Assembly (NCBI GenBank): GCA_001949185.1
Contig: BDGG01000001.1
Coordinates: 3,303,324-3,367,323, forward strand
Direction of reading: 5' to 3'
Source of the DNA: Ramazzottius varieornatus
Lineage: Eukaryota > Animalia > Tardigrada
DNA length: 64,000 bases
Below, piece by piece: positions 1-12,225 of the stretch (position 1 is its first letter; every line of letters begins with the position of its first letter). The position numbers and the translations under genes were made by a program. Under the pieces are notes generated by a model. The model searched no databases. It saw nothing but the letters and a program-made list of their open reading frames with translations, and was not told where the DNA came from.

Positions 1-3000
1 CCGCCATTCAATATCCTCAACATGTCCCTTCGCTAGCTCCACCTTCAAAGCGAAACACAAACCGTAGGATCACTGCAATGTACGAACGTAAGATCTGCTT
101 TCTTGAAGAAGCGCGGAATCATGAAATAGGAATGAACGAGCTAACTGAACTGCACTTTGATGTCGATTGATTCGACGGAAGTTGATTGCTGCGAGTTGAA
201 GAGTAATCCACCACACGACGTTACCAACTTGACATCACTGGATAACATATGACAGATACGCGTGTACTGTCCAATAGGGGAGCAGCATGTTGTGTGACCC
301 TCCTTCCACTGAATGGCATATTTTTCGCGGCTATATCCGTGTTCGTATGAAAGGTCTGCAGTTCATTGCGATAATCCATTCATCTTAAAATACTGCGTCA
401 GTCTAAAAACTTCGTCTTCCAGCAGTGTTCTTTTCCCCATAAAAAGATCACACCCGTGTGTCTCCAGATTTTTTCCTATCGTGCTGATATCCATAGCGGT
501 GAACTGGGCGACTTGGGACCTCGGTAATCTGAAATTTGACCGGCGGTCTCGATTATCGACGACGTCCTAAATTGTCCAGCTGTTGAACCCCAAGTTTCGG
601 GGAAGCATTACAATGAGGAAATCCTGATGTACCATTTTCTGATCATGGATTGCTGTCTGGACATTGTATGGACGATGGACAAACTTCGATGCCAATCGTG
701 TTGATTCAGGTAAGAATATTTCAGCGAGTCCAGCGGATGCGTGCGATGTTAGCCAACAGCCCGCACGTTCCAGCCATCTTATCAATGAATGAAAATCAAT
801 GAAATATCGTTCTGTCTAGCAGTCGATGTATCGTTCTTGTCGTGTACGCCGGGTCTTCGTGACGGATTATAATCTCCTCAGAATGTAGAGGCGTTTCCTT
901 ATTGTAAGCTTTCGTTAAATTGACATGACGCAAGAAAATTAATTGTCACGAAGAGTGCTTTCTGTATCTGGCAGACAGTTCCCACGGGCCACGCCCTGTT
1001 AAACCCTGGGTCTTCCAGTAAGTCCCGGTAATCCGGTTAATTTATCAGTTCAGTTTAAACTGATTTCGTTTAAGCAGGAATGTTGGTAGACTCTTTTAAG
1101 GGATTTGCAAATATCGAAAAAAATTCGGTGGGGCACGTTATCCTCTGTGATTTAGAAGAAATAGTACATTAGGGGAAAATGTCATTAGGACTCTAGGTAG
1201 GGCACCCGAAAATTCATTGACCTGCAACACGAGCGCGCACCGTAGAAAGCCATTGACGGCAACACGCAAGCCGTTACCTGGATTTTTTGCGTATGAAGAA
1301 AACCGGTTCGATGGTCAATATTTTTGATCGCGATGCAGAAATGCACGAAGCGAGGAAGTTTGCTCTTGGTGGAAAGTTGAGTAGATCGGTGAGTGAAGTT
1401 GGTTCGGCATGAACAACGATGCGGGCTAGTTTTAATGGTCTGTTTGCGTGACGCTCGTTTGGCTGCTGCTTCCCTGCGAGCTCTGACGAAAGTCGAAACT
1501 GATGTCGGGCAAATCGCCGGATCAGCGAATGCTTCCGTCAGCTATGCACTGCCATAAATATAATACCCGGCCCTAAATTTGCCAGGAAGAATTCTCCTGC
1601 AAAGCATGACACCACGTCACGGAGGGCAAATTTAATAAGGCTAACGGTCTGGGCTTTCGACGGCGACGTCAGGCGGTTATTTTTACGACTCTGAATTTAC
1701 AACGACAGCTTATTGTGAAAGCAACCGGCTCACTAATCATAATTTCTAACCGCACCTTTCACGCTGACTAATTCGCGGTGATATTTGTTTATTTTGCGTC
1801 CATTGTGACTTTGTGAACACCATTGACAGACGGTGAATATATTATTGAGCCCAATGCATGCAGGCACTAAATGAAAATCTCGACATTCCAAACGCTGCCC
1901 GGGCAGTTGGAGTTAACCTCCTGAAAAGAGATGGCCGAATGGTCAAACTCGAGTACAAACACCCACTAATATTCAGTCACTCTATTATGACGACTAAATA
2001 TTCACCAAGGCTTGGAAAGGTGTGTTCTGCATATATCCTCCTTTACGAAGGTGGTCTGAAGTGCTTGTGTGCCTTGTATGATCACAAGGATCGCATTACT
2101 CTTTGAATTCATGGGTAAACACCACTTCGTACCATCGACATGCGGAAAATCTGGATTTTAAACTTTCAAAAAAATACTATTAAATTTGGAGTCGGCTAAA
2201 TAACTGTCGTAAATTCCAAAGTGATCCTGATAGGCTCTTCGGAATTTCTTTGGAGTAGGACAATTTCACGGATCGGCTTTCAAGCCAGAGGCCATGCATA
2301 CGTGCGACAGCTTCTCTCGAGACTCGTAATTGCATGTCTCAAAATTGGTCTCCGGTATGCCCTCGATATTAAAAATAACTCGGAATCTCAACACGCAAAC
2401 TCACTGCACCAGATGTGAATATGATGAGTTTTGAACCCACGGAACGCCGCTCAGATACGTTAAAGAATCCTACTGTAAGACCAGGTCCCGACTAAATTTG
2501 GGGTCGTCGCAAATGATCGAATGCAGTCGAGCCTGTTGCTTGTGCCAATGTGCTGTCGAGAAACACTAGCGGATGAGGTTTTTACCAAACAACGTACTGT
2601 TCGTCTCATCGTATGTTAAGAGTGAGCGTAGATTCTGTCTGGTGAGATTTAACGATTGATGGAACGGCGACCCTGACGTGAAAATATGCAGGCAAACTTC
2701 AGCATATATACGCAGTGTATATGCGAGATCTCACACAGACTGGTACTTTCCAAATACGGGCCGTTGCCCGCCGGAAAATGGATTTTCATGTTCGGGTTAC
2801 ATCACTAAACCTCAGAAAATAAACAATCGCCGTCTTAGTACGGAGCGAAATTATGACTCCAAAGCGGAATCTTTTTAATGCCCTATTTTAGCGATTTCAC
2901 GACATCCCTTTTGCATCACCAAGTACAACGGAAAGTACCGCGTGGAGTATTAGCCGGTACATGACACATCCGTGTCAAGGTAGAGCAGCTTTGGCTGGAA

Positions 3001-3872
3001 AAATCAATAATGATTCCACTTGAACGGCACAATGAAAACATTTTACGGCGTGACACACTGGAGCCGTGCCGTACCGATGGTGGGATTTCACGTCATTGAA
3101 TTTTATTGAGCGGTGTTTAAGAGTACTTGTCGGTCATGTACCTACGAGTCTTCTCAGTTTTTCTCGTACAAAACCGGGCAGCCAGCTCCTTTCTAAGTAA
3201 ATTTAGTTTGGCAGTCCAGTTGGAAACAGGTGTTATTGTCGAGTTTAAGTTGTCACGCATCCGTGGTGAGAGTTAGAGCGTAGTCTAGCTCGAAGGTAAG
3301 ACTATACACCCGTACAGCTGTGGCGGGAACCGGTGGAAGAATCTTCTTCACCTGTGGCGAAAATCAAGCTGGTCTTCTCTAGACGTACGTTCGGTTGGAC
3401 CGATCGTGACCAGTAAATTATGTGGTCACGGTCATGTCTGCTCTCGATCCCGTTCGTTCCTGACCGAAACTTCTAGCTGTCGCAATACGTCGGGTTATTC
3501 CTCCATAACAGTCATCGTCGCGGTGAGCTCATTATGGCGTCTTCTGTTCGTCGCTGCTTTGAGTTCATACCGCGCTGGTTTTTTGTCTCTCTGTAAAAAA
3601 CATTGTCTGGTTATGAAGTTTTATGACTGAGCGAACGCGATCGTGTTTGAGCTCCCTATACTAACGCTGAGTTCCGTATTGTCAATGTAAACTTACCGGT
3701 AGGATTATTTATGCTTTTTGATGGACGAGGCAAAACGTTTGTTGATTCTCGTATTAGCCGACATTCACATCAGTGTTTATTTTCTCTTTCAGAGTGATCG
3801 ACTCATTTGAATCAAAGGACGCTCCACCTAAAAAAGCCTAGGACTATCTCGCCTTTTATTTCCCTTCACACA

Positions 3873-6800
3873 ATGGATTTAATGAAGCTCCTCAGAAGAC
3901 GCGATTGTCACCTACAATTTCGTTACCTGTTCCTGCTGTGGATAACGTCCTACATACGACTTTCAGGTGAGAAATCATACATTCCAATACTCTCGATTTC
4001 AACTTCAAATTCGCCGCGGCGGCCAAACTTTTCTTCGTTAATTCGGCCATGAAATTTCAAGAGCTTTCATGTTCTCGCTACAACCTGGCCCTTTCTTTAT
4101 CTTTGGTCCTCAAAGTTTTAAACTCAGGGGAGAACAGGGAGGCGAGGAAGCGACAGATTTTTCGCGTCTCAGATGACCACTTGGGAGTTGTAAGGCCGTG
4201 TTTGAAAGCGTGAAAAGGGAAAATGGATCTTGTTCGATAGTGTTGTTCCTTGTCGGTGACCAGGCACTTATCATGGCCCTTTTCGAGAGCCGAAAAGAAG
4301 GAGGAATATGATCTCTAGAGATAACGCCAACACCATTGACGAGAGAATGACCACTAGAAACTACGAGTCAGCTTTGAATGAGAATACAAAATGGCGTCGC
4401 GCCGCCTTCGGCGTTCCGTTTCAAACCCTCATTGAGGTATCACCTGCGAAAATTTTAAACTTGACCGAAAATCTTTTATCGACTATATATTTTAGAATAT
4501 TTGAATATTTGAAGTTCACTGGGGAAAAAAATCGTTCTAATGTTTTTGATGAGCAACAGAATATAGTGTGATCCGCCTTATCTGGTTGAATGTAGGGTTG
4601 AGAAGAGTAGTTGTTATTCTGTCCATGGAGATAAGTGCCTTAATTTGATACACGTGCGCGGGATGATATGGAAAGTCCTCCAAGCGAAACCTGGCGGTGG
4701 GCTTCTTTGTCTGGACTACAGTGCAAAAAGTTGGGTCGAGCGAGATAATTAGCGAACAGTACGAGTAGTCATTAGAGCCATCCGTCCAATAGCGGAGCAA
4801 TCTGACATGCCAACTGTCATTAGGGGAGGGGAATATTACAAGATGTTTATCCTCGAGATTGAGATTATAGTTTGTCTAGCTCATTCTACGCTTGACACCG
4901 GATTGGCTGTCAGGATCATTTCTGATCGCCTCAAATCGGTCCATGACACTGGCGGGACTAACTATCAGGCGTGTTCCTTCATGGAGGAGATTTTCTTTGA
5001 AGGCTATGATGTCATTCGGGAAAGGTAGACCGATTTCTGAGCCGGCTTCTCGTGTACTAGCTTCCTTGTTGGCGGAAAGACGTCTTCAACCTTATATCGT
5101 AAGGAGGGTTGGGCTTTCTGTTTGTGAGTCTAGTTTCTGTTAGGGCGAAACGTGAAAGTGAGAACAATGATACGATGGAATGGATATATCGATCGACGAT
5201 CGTTGCATGTGTGGAATATTATATTGACTGCATGATGGCCGGTCAGCCACCAACTGTGCTTCGTTGATCGGGCGCACTTCGCTGCTTGCTGCCACTGGTC
5301 ACTGGCCACTTTCCCAAGTATCCATTGATTGGAGAGCAGCTAAAGGGTCACAGCCAGAGGGAGAGAAACTGGAAGCTCTGAAACGGACACTTTAGTCCAA
5401 CATTGATAATGATATAATCACTCGTTATGAATATTTCAGCAGTTCAACCGTAATTGCGATTGGGCCTGTGATAAGCAAATATTGCTGTTCAATCATTGGG
5501 GACTGACAGTTATTGTCTGACGCGCTTGTAAACAAGGCACTGCGCAGCGTTAAGCGTGCCCTGAGACCCATTTGCCGAATGACCAGATGCTCGGCTTTTG
5601 CCCGACACTTTTCCATCATCGGACATGTCTTCTTCCGCTGGCTCACACAGAGCAAAATTCTGCCGAAATTCAACGAAATACTATTGTGAAAAGTTTTGTT
5701 GAAATTTTAACTGACGCGTGAACGAAGCGTCTTGAAATAATATATTAAATAAATTATTTTTCTGGGCGACCATAATTACAAGAAATTCCGGTTGTCGGTC
5801 GATTGTTTCCGAACAGAATATTTTGTGTGGTCGGATTATCGCTTAATTCTACGACAAAAAGGCGGCTCAATCTGCTAGCATTTACGGCCTGCAAATCTTG
5901 ATGAGTAGCTTCGACTAGTTTGCAATACAATGAAGACAAAGGGGCAAATGTTAATGAAACTTTACAGGAGGTCCCCGATTGTGGCTACTGTCTCTATCTG
6001 TATCTGAGGTGGCGGGTCTCGAAGAGAAGGGAACAGAAAGCAGTGCGCGGAATATTAATCTCTTTCCTTTAACAGTTGCCGATGTCTGTCTCAACAACAG
6101 ATGGTGCACAGTGGGGCAAGTGTCGATTGATTTGTCAGTGACATGCAGGAGGCAGCTTGTTCTTCTTCCTTGTTCTTCTTCCTTGCTCCTTAATGAAGAC
6201 TGAGCTTCCCTAATGCACTATTACGTCGCCCTTGCACCTCCCTTCTCCCCTGCACTCAAAGGGTAGCAGTGGAAGACAGTAACAGCCGCCGCATATTTTC
6301 GGCTTTTTGTGTTTTTGATGAAGACAATCTGCCGTTCTTGACTGCTGATGTGTGGTCATTGTCCAGTTGTTCATGACAGCCGGTGGCTCCGATGTAACAT
6401 TATGCCGCCACTGTCCTCTTACGCACCTCCTTCCGGGATATGAGCTTTGTAATGAATATGTTTTTCTCCTCTTGGCAGACTCATGCAGCATCCGGCAACG
6501 GGGTGCTCCCAAAGGCTCGCGCTCGCCACCACTCGCCACGCTGCCTGATTCACAGCAGCAGACGGGCAACCAGACCAGCCAACAATTTGATTGTCCAGCC
6601 ACATATCAGAGATGGTATTGCCTCAATGGCGCAACGTGCTTCACCGTCAAAATCGGTGACACCATCCTCTATAGCTGCAGGTACCCTATTCCAAAAGATT
6701 CAATTTATGGGAACAGCTCACTTACTTGTCCCAGGTATCTGATTCGTTCTAATTTCCAGATGCGCGTTGGGTTATATGGGACAACGATGCGAGTACAAGG

Positions 6801-7523
6801 ACCTCGATCAAGACTACTGTAAGTGATATTGTCATACGTGAACTTCGAATGTTCGAACACCCATAGCTAACTTCTCGGTGTCTTTTCGCAGTGCCTGTGA
6901 GAAACCGTCACATGGTTCGCCAGGCGACCATTGCCGGTGTCACGACAGCAGTGGTCCTGGTTGTCATAATTGTGATAATAGCAGTGACGATTTATATCAG
7001 GTAAGAGCCCGTCCCTCGTTTAGAAGTTTGGAAACACAGACGTGCATGGTCACCAGCTTCATTTTTCACCCGTAGACGGCGCCGGGAAGCCAAACAAGCG
7101 GGAGAGACCACGCTCAGTCAAGAACAGCTCCAACGGATCCCCTTTGGACGAGCCTTATCCCGCACTGACCAGTACAAGACGGGGCAAGTCAGCCGCCAGT
7201 TTAGCGGCTCGACCGGCGGATCTGCCAGCCGGGTTCTCTTCTCTAATCCATCCAACCAAAGTGGGTCTTCGCAAGGACCCGTCCGGATACCGGAACGTCA
7301 AGCTCTCTTGAGTCCAGCGCCGGATCGCTTCGGAAAAGCCCCCAGAGCTGCGGTCTCAGAAATGAACCTCTCAGATGGCGACACTAACGACTCTGACGAT
7401 GTTCGGATAGTCGTTCATGACACAACTCGATACGTTGCCCATGAATCTCCCCATCCCTACTCGGCTTCCGAGTCGTCGATAGCTCCTTCGGCAGGCGCCA
7501 AACGAATTTCTAATGTCACATGA
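3873..7523 (+). CDS. Membrane-anchored EGFR ligand, Spitz/Keren/TGF-alpha-like (5 coding exons)
   Basis: Exons 3873-3966, 6479-6680, 6760-6818, 6892-7000 and 7076-7523 splice in frame via GT-AG. Signal peptide (MDLMKLL...LFLLWITSYIRLSDS-CS), a six-Cys EGF domain (CPATYQRWYCLNGATCF...SCRCALGYMGQRCEYKDLD), TM segment ATIAGVTTAVVLVVIIVIIAVTIYI followed by RRRR, then a cytoplasmic tail. Confidence 0.9.
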
Positions 7524-7879
7524 TAGCCTTTTCTTTTCCTGTTACTGTGTACCAAAACTGTTTGCTAATAACTTCCTCCGTTTTTTTAGACAGAAAACCT
7601 ACCTTGTTTTTTTACCTACCAGTGGTTCTACCCTAACCTCTCTCGTCCAAATGTTCCCTGCTGACTTTCCAAGTGCATTTAAATTTTACAGAGCCTTCTT
7701 TTTAACTACCTTTTTTACCTTTTGTTTTATCCATGATGACTTGTTATACATTTGGAAATAATCTCAGATAAACGGATAAAAGCCGAAATGAAAAAGGATA
7801 CCATAAATGCGGCTCTGCAACTTTCTCCGTACACACCTTCTGAACTCTCAAATACACATATGTTACATGCTGATGGTTG

Positions 7880-9421
7880 TCATGTCATGTTCGGGATGCA
7901 GCTTCGACCCGCAAACTGCCCATTGTGGTACAGGTCGCTGTAATTCACGCCAACTTGCTTCAAAATCTCGTCCTCGATGGCCATGATGGTCAGTGAATCC
8001 TTGTGCGACATATTAGGGCTCTCCAGCAATCCTTGCTGAATGCATCAGCGAACCTCGCGAGCTTGGTAAACCATGCCCGCACCGTTGTCCAGGAGCTGTC
8101 TGAAGTTGATGCTCCTGGGAAGAGGGTGGTTCTCCTTGGTGGTGTTCTCGGTACCCTTGCCTTTCTCGATAATCTCGAACTCTTCAGGTCTGTATAGACC
8201 AGTAAAAATCACATTCGAACGCGCCATTTTGATAATGGATGGATGGTTTCGAAACTGGAAGAACTTACCGGTTAAAAGACTCTGAAATCCTGGATGTGGC
8301 GTTCGATCCATAGATGTAGGCATCGGTTGGGATGTAGTTGGACACTGAGGACACCCCTGGACTAGCAATGCGGCCGTCTTTCCATTGCAAGATGACGGCG
8401 GTTGTGGTATCGACAGCTGCAAATCAAGACGGGAGATTGTATAACGTGGCACGATATTTCGCCGTAAGATGTTTCGAGGTCAGGCTCCTACTTTCGTTAT
8501 TTCGGTTGGGACACAGCGTGGATCTTGTCAGGCATGTCGTTTCCGAGGACCTGGAGAGCGAATTGCAGGGTATATCCACCGATATCCTTCAGGGACCCTC
8601 CACCAAGTTCCTTCCGCATGTGGCGTTGTGACTTGATCGAATTCTGGCCCATGTAAGCAGTCACCATCTGGATCTCACCTAGCCTGCCGGACTTGAGAAT
8701 GTCGCGCATACGGTCGTAGACCGGGAAGAAACGGCTGAGAACCGCCTATCAAGTTCCACGGTTGTCAGTGGTGGCACTTGACACAGCCTGTTCAGATATA
8801 GGCCGGAAAGGGAAAACTTACCTCTTAGTAGAAGAGTTTCTTCTGTTCAGCAATCTGGAATATCTCGGCAGCGTGCTCCTAATTGAGGGCGACGGGAATC
8901 TCGCACAGGACGTGCTTGTTGTTGGCCAGCAGGAGCTTGGAGATCTCGTAGTGAGTTGGACTGATGATTCCGAAGTAAACAATATCTGTCAACGAAACAC
9001 CGGGAAGGATAAAATTCGTTAACTGCACTTCAGCTGCGGAAGAAGCAAATACCTACCAACATCCGGGTCCTGAGCGAGTGCCTCGTGTGAGCTGTAAGAC
9101 TTGGGCGCACCGAATCGCGTTGCATATTCATTAGCTGCACTGGCATTTCGCGAGGCGAATGCCATGGCCTATGGGAACAATGGTAAAACCGGCAAAAGCG
9201 TGCTGTCGAGAGCGAAAGCTGACGAAGGGTTCTCGAAGTTCGGAACTTACCACATGTTCGGGACAAAAACTGGCTACAGTAGCGGACCAGTCATTTGTGA
9301 TCCTCCCGCAGCCGATTAATCCCCATCTTAGAGGCGTTGTATTGTGGGACCCGGAAAGTTTCGCAGTGCATGTTATTCCTGCAACGGCAATAAGGATGAG
9401 CAAGATGCCGGAAGTCGCCAT
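7880..9421 (-). pseudogene. DHDH: DHDH-like (trans-1,2-dihydrobenzene-1,2-diol dehydrogenase, Gfo/Idh/MocA family) pseudogene with an N-terminal signal peptide
   Basis: Motifs LRWGLIGCGRI, ALAQDPDVDIVY, KHVLCEIP, SRFFPVY, ELGGGSLKDIGGY and DEILKQVGV. In-frame stops at 8879-8881 (TAG), 8825-8827 (TAA) and 8045-8047 (TGA), plus an apparent +1 frameshift near 8497-8502. Confidence 0.8.
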
Positions 9422-9821
9422 CTTAGACGAAGCTATCGAATAACCTCTGCGGGAAGAAAGACAGCTGATTTATACCAGACTGCCACAAAGTGTTAACCCA
9501 GAAGAATCTTTATTTGCTGGTTTTGGCCTTCTTCCAGGTATTGTTTTTGCGTTCTGTCTAGTGTCAAGATCCTCGTGTCTTTCAGGCAGATGTCTTCACG
9601 CTGTAAGCAAGGCACTTGCGCTTTTTATGAACAATCCAGAACCGGTTGGAGCTCCCAATGTCACTTTTGTACTACAGTACTTTCAGCACTCTAGTCTGCC
9701 AGAAACCTGTATTCAGACAGGTGTTATACGGCAGTACTCGACAATGTAACAATGGTCGGTATGTCTTCGAAATCCCCAAAAAGTACAAACGAATATTCAA
9801 AGGAACATAATATCCAGGTTG

Positions 9822-11574
9822 TCAGTTGCCCACTGGCTGCACAGCGTTAACGATAGGTGGTTCCAAGTGCTTTCTCTGCATCTGTAAAATGAACTCGGGT
9901 GGAGGTCCGTCAGCCGAGGTAAGGACGCTGTTCTGGAGCCGTGATGGAGCGCTTTCCCGTCTTTTGGAGGCGCGAGGTCCACGCAGAAAGTTGCGAAAGA
10001 TGGACAAGTCCGAACCGTTATCGGACTCTTCGCTAGCCGAGCTTCGTCTCCGTCTTCCATTGGCCATGACGTTATCGGCTGAAGTCCGACGGCTGTTGGA
10101 GCGTGATATGGCGCTGGTTGGGAGGTAGTCCATCAGATGACTGGAAATACTCCATCGACGAGGAAGACCGGCAGGAGGTGGCGGCTGAGCTCTCGACTGC
10201 GAGGATCGACATAAGAGGAAGACATTGTTGCGTATCGACCGGTTGAAGAACCCGTAGACCAGGGGGTATACTGCGGAACTGGCAAAAATGAGGCACATGG
10301 AAAGCCGATAGAACCATTCCGGCTGCCTGAAACAAAAGAATGGAACGGTTCACGCAATACGGAACTTTCGGGGAAGAAATAATGAAAATGGAGCGTGGTG
10401 ATGGTTTCAGACTGGGAGTTAGTTACCTTCGTCCGAATACTTCAAAGGGCTCCAGCAGAACCGATACGGTATAGGTCCCCACCGTAAGAAGGAACGACCC
10501 CATAATGATACAGACGGTTCGCACGGCTTTCAGAGACTTGTTGTAGACTACGGTCGTCGCGATGGAAGTTTTACGGGAACCTGGCGCGTGGGTGGACGAG
10601 TCGGTGCTGGACATGGACTCTCTGCTGTTGGACCGGCTAAGACGGCCAAGTCCCATGAAGTGGACCATTCCTAACATCAGACAAGAGTTATTTCGATCAC
10701 ATATGAGTCACTGTGGGAAAATTATGAATATTGAGCGGAAGTCACCTAAATGTTTACTGTCAGTAACCGAGGTCTCCGCCGTACCGATCTGCGAACTCAG
10801 CTCTGTTGGTGGATCCACTTTCCCAAGGTAGACCTTGAGCTTCTTGGACCAGGCCAGAGTGAATATCTTACCCCAGCAGAAGCACATGGTCCCGAAAGGT
10901 AGCAGAAAATATAGCAGATCAAACGCAAAGAATTTCCAAGTGTGCCTTCTCACCGCATAAAAATGCCGGTTCTCGTCATACTCCACCTCGCACAAGACAG
11001 TGACGGGTAACGCTATGAGCACCACGGTGGATACGAACAACCAAAACGGCAGCTGCTTAATCTTTTTCTTGGGAAGCATTCTTGGATAAGACGAGCGAAC
11101 GATGGCGCAATAACGATCGAAGCTGATGACAGCCACCAGCAACCAAGTAGTCTTTGTGAGGACTTCGAAAGTGATGGTGATCATGTAGTAGAACTTGTAC
11201 CATGCTGTGGAGATGGGGCTGTATGTCATGGCCAGGAAGCATATGTTCCATGGGAGGACCAATACGGTAAGAAGAATGTTGATTGACGTGACGTTGAGAA
11301 GGAGCTTGGAACCTGGTGAGTCTTTGTCGTTCTTCCGTCCTCGACGTATGGCAAAGAAAAGTACACCGTTGGCCACGAGAGAAACGATGCAGATGAAGGC
11401 AAGGACCGTCATTTCGGCAATGTCGCCGTGGGAAAGGTCTGGGACCCCAATGGTGGAATTTGTGATGAAGGAGCTGTTGCAGAGGAGGGTTGAGTTAGCA
11501 GTCGAGCTCGAGCCATTCCTGCAATTGATGGAAGCTCTGTTGCTGCTGGCTGGAAAATATGAAAGATTAGCCAT
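9822..11574 (-). CDS. GPR161: Class A orphan GPCR, GPR161-like (3 exons)
   Basis: Seven hydrophobic segments, an N-terminus rich in N-glycosylation sequons, and SFDRY. VEYDENR, AWSKKLKVYLG, GSRK...VVY...KA, FASSAVYPLVYGFFNRSIR and RRWSIS align by eye with GPR161 segments (VEFDEFK, ARVKARKVHCG, FASAVCHPLIYGLWNKTVR, RLFSIS). Family assignment is strong; orthology is from recalled similarity. Confidence 0.7.
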
Positions 11575-12225
11575 CTGGAACCACAGCGGAAAGTGAATCA
11601 TCCAACGGGAAGCCCAGTGATGGCTATGACCAGTTTTACAGGAACGTCGTCCTTTACAGAAACTGTCAATATTTCCTTAAATGAAAACTCCTGTCTTTCC
11701 CATGTTATATTGGGTATGGCCTAAGAAAGGACACTGGCCGCGTGGTTGAGGCAGTTGCTTTGTCCACTTGTACCTCGTGCCCTTGTCAGCCTGCTAGTGC
11801 TCTCTCCTATCTGCTATGCGGAAAAGACACGATGCTGAAAAGCCGAAACTTGGCCCCGACACTGAGCCAGACTTCTCCGCATGATGCACTATTACCTTCA
11901 GGGCGTGGTATCAGAGCGGTTTCCGTCCTTGCTAATAAAGTTCAAAATAAAGTGTTTCCTCCATCCGAAAACTTTATCGACCATCACGCAGCAAGACACC
12001 CATTTTCACAACACCTAGCAAAATCCACAAGTGAGCCAAATACTCTTTCACACCTTTCAGAACAACGATGCTGGTTAGTAAAGAGACTAAAGCCTAACTT
12101 CGTTTTCGACTGTCAATGAGCTACTTGTTAGAAAAATAAGTTACCGGAGTAAACGCCCAAATTGTGCCTGGCAGAAAATAAATAGACTTACTTTGAATAA
12201 AAACATCTTCTTCGACAATAAACCG

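Noticed and set aside
2405-2470. tRNA T-arm-like GTGGGTTCAAAACTC on the minus strand
   Set aside because: No acceptor stem, D-arm or anticodon arm.
1-3300. Numerous 60-90 aa ORFs at the window start, and antisense ORFs over real genes throughout
   Set aside because: Most begin at non-ATG codons, lack domains, or are shadows of the opposite-strand CDS.
8045-8881. Variant genetic code or programmed readthrough to explain the in-frame stops in the DHDH-like gene
   Set aside because: All three stop types plus a frameshift occur, and neighbouring genes terminate normally at TAA, TAG and TGA.
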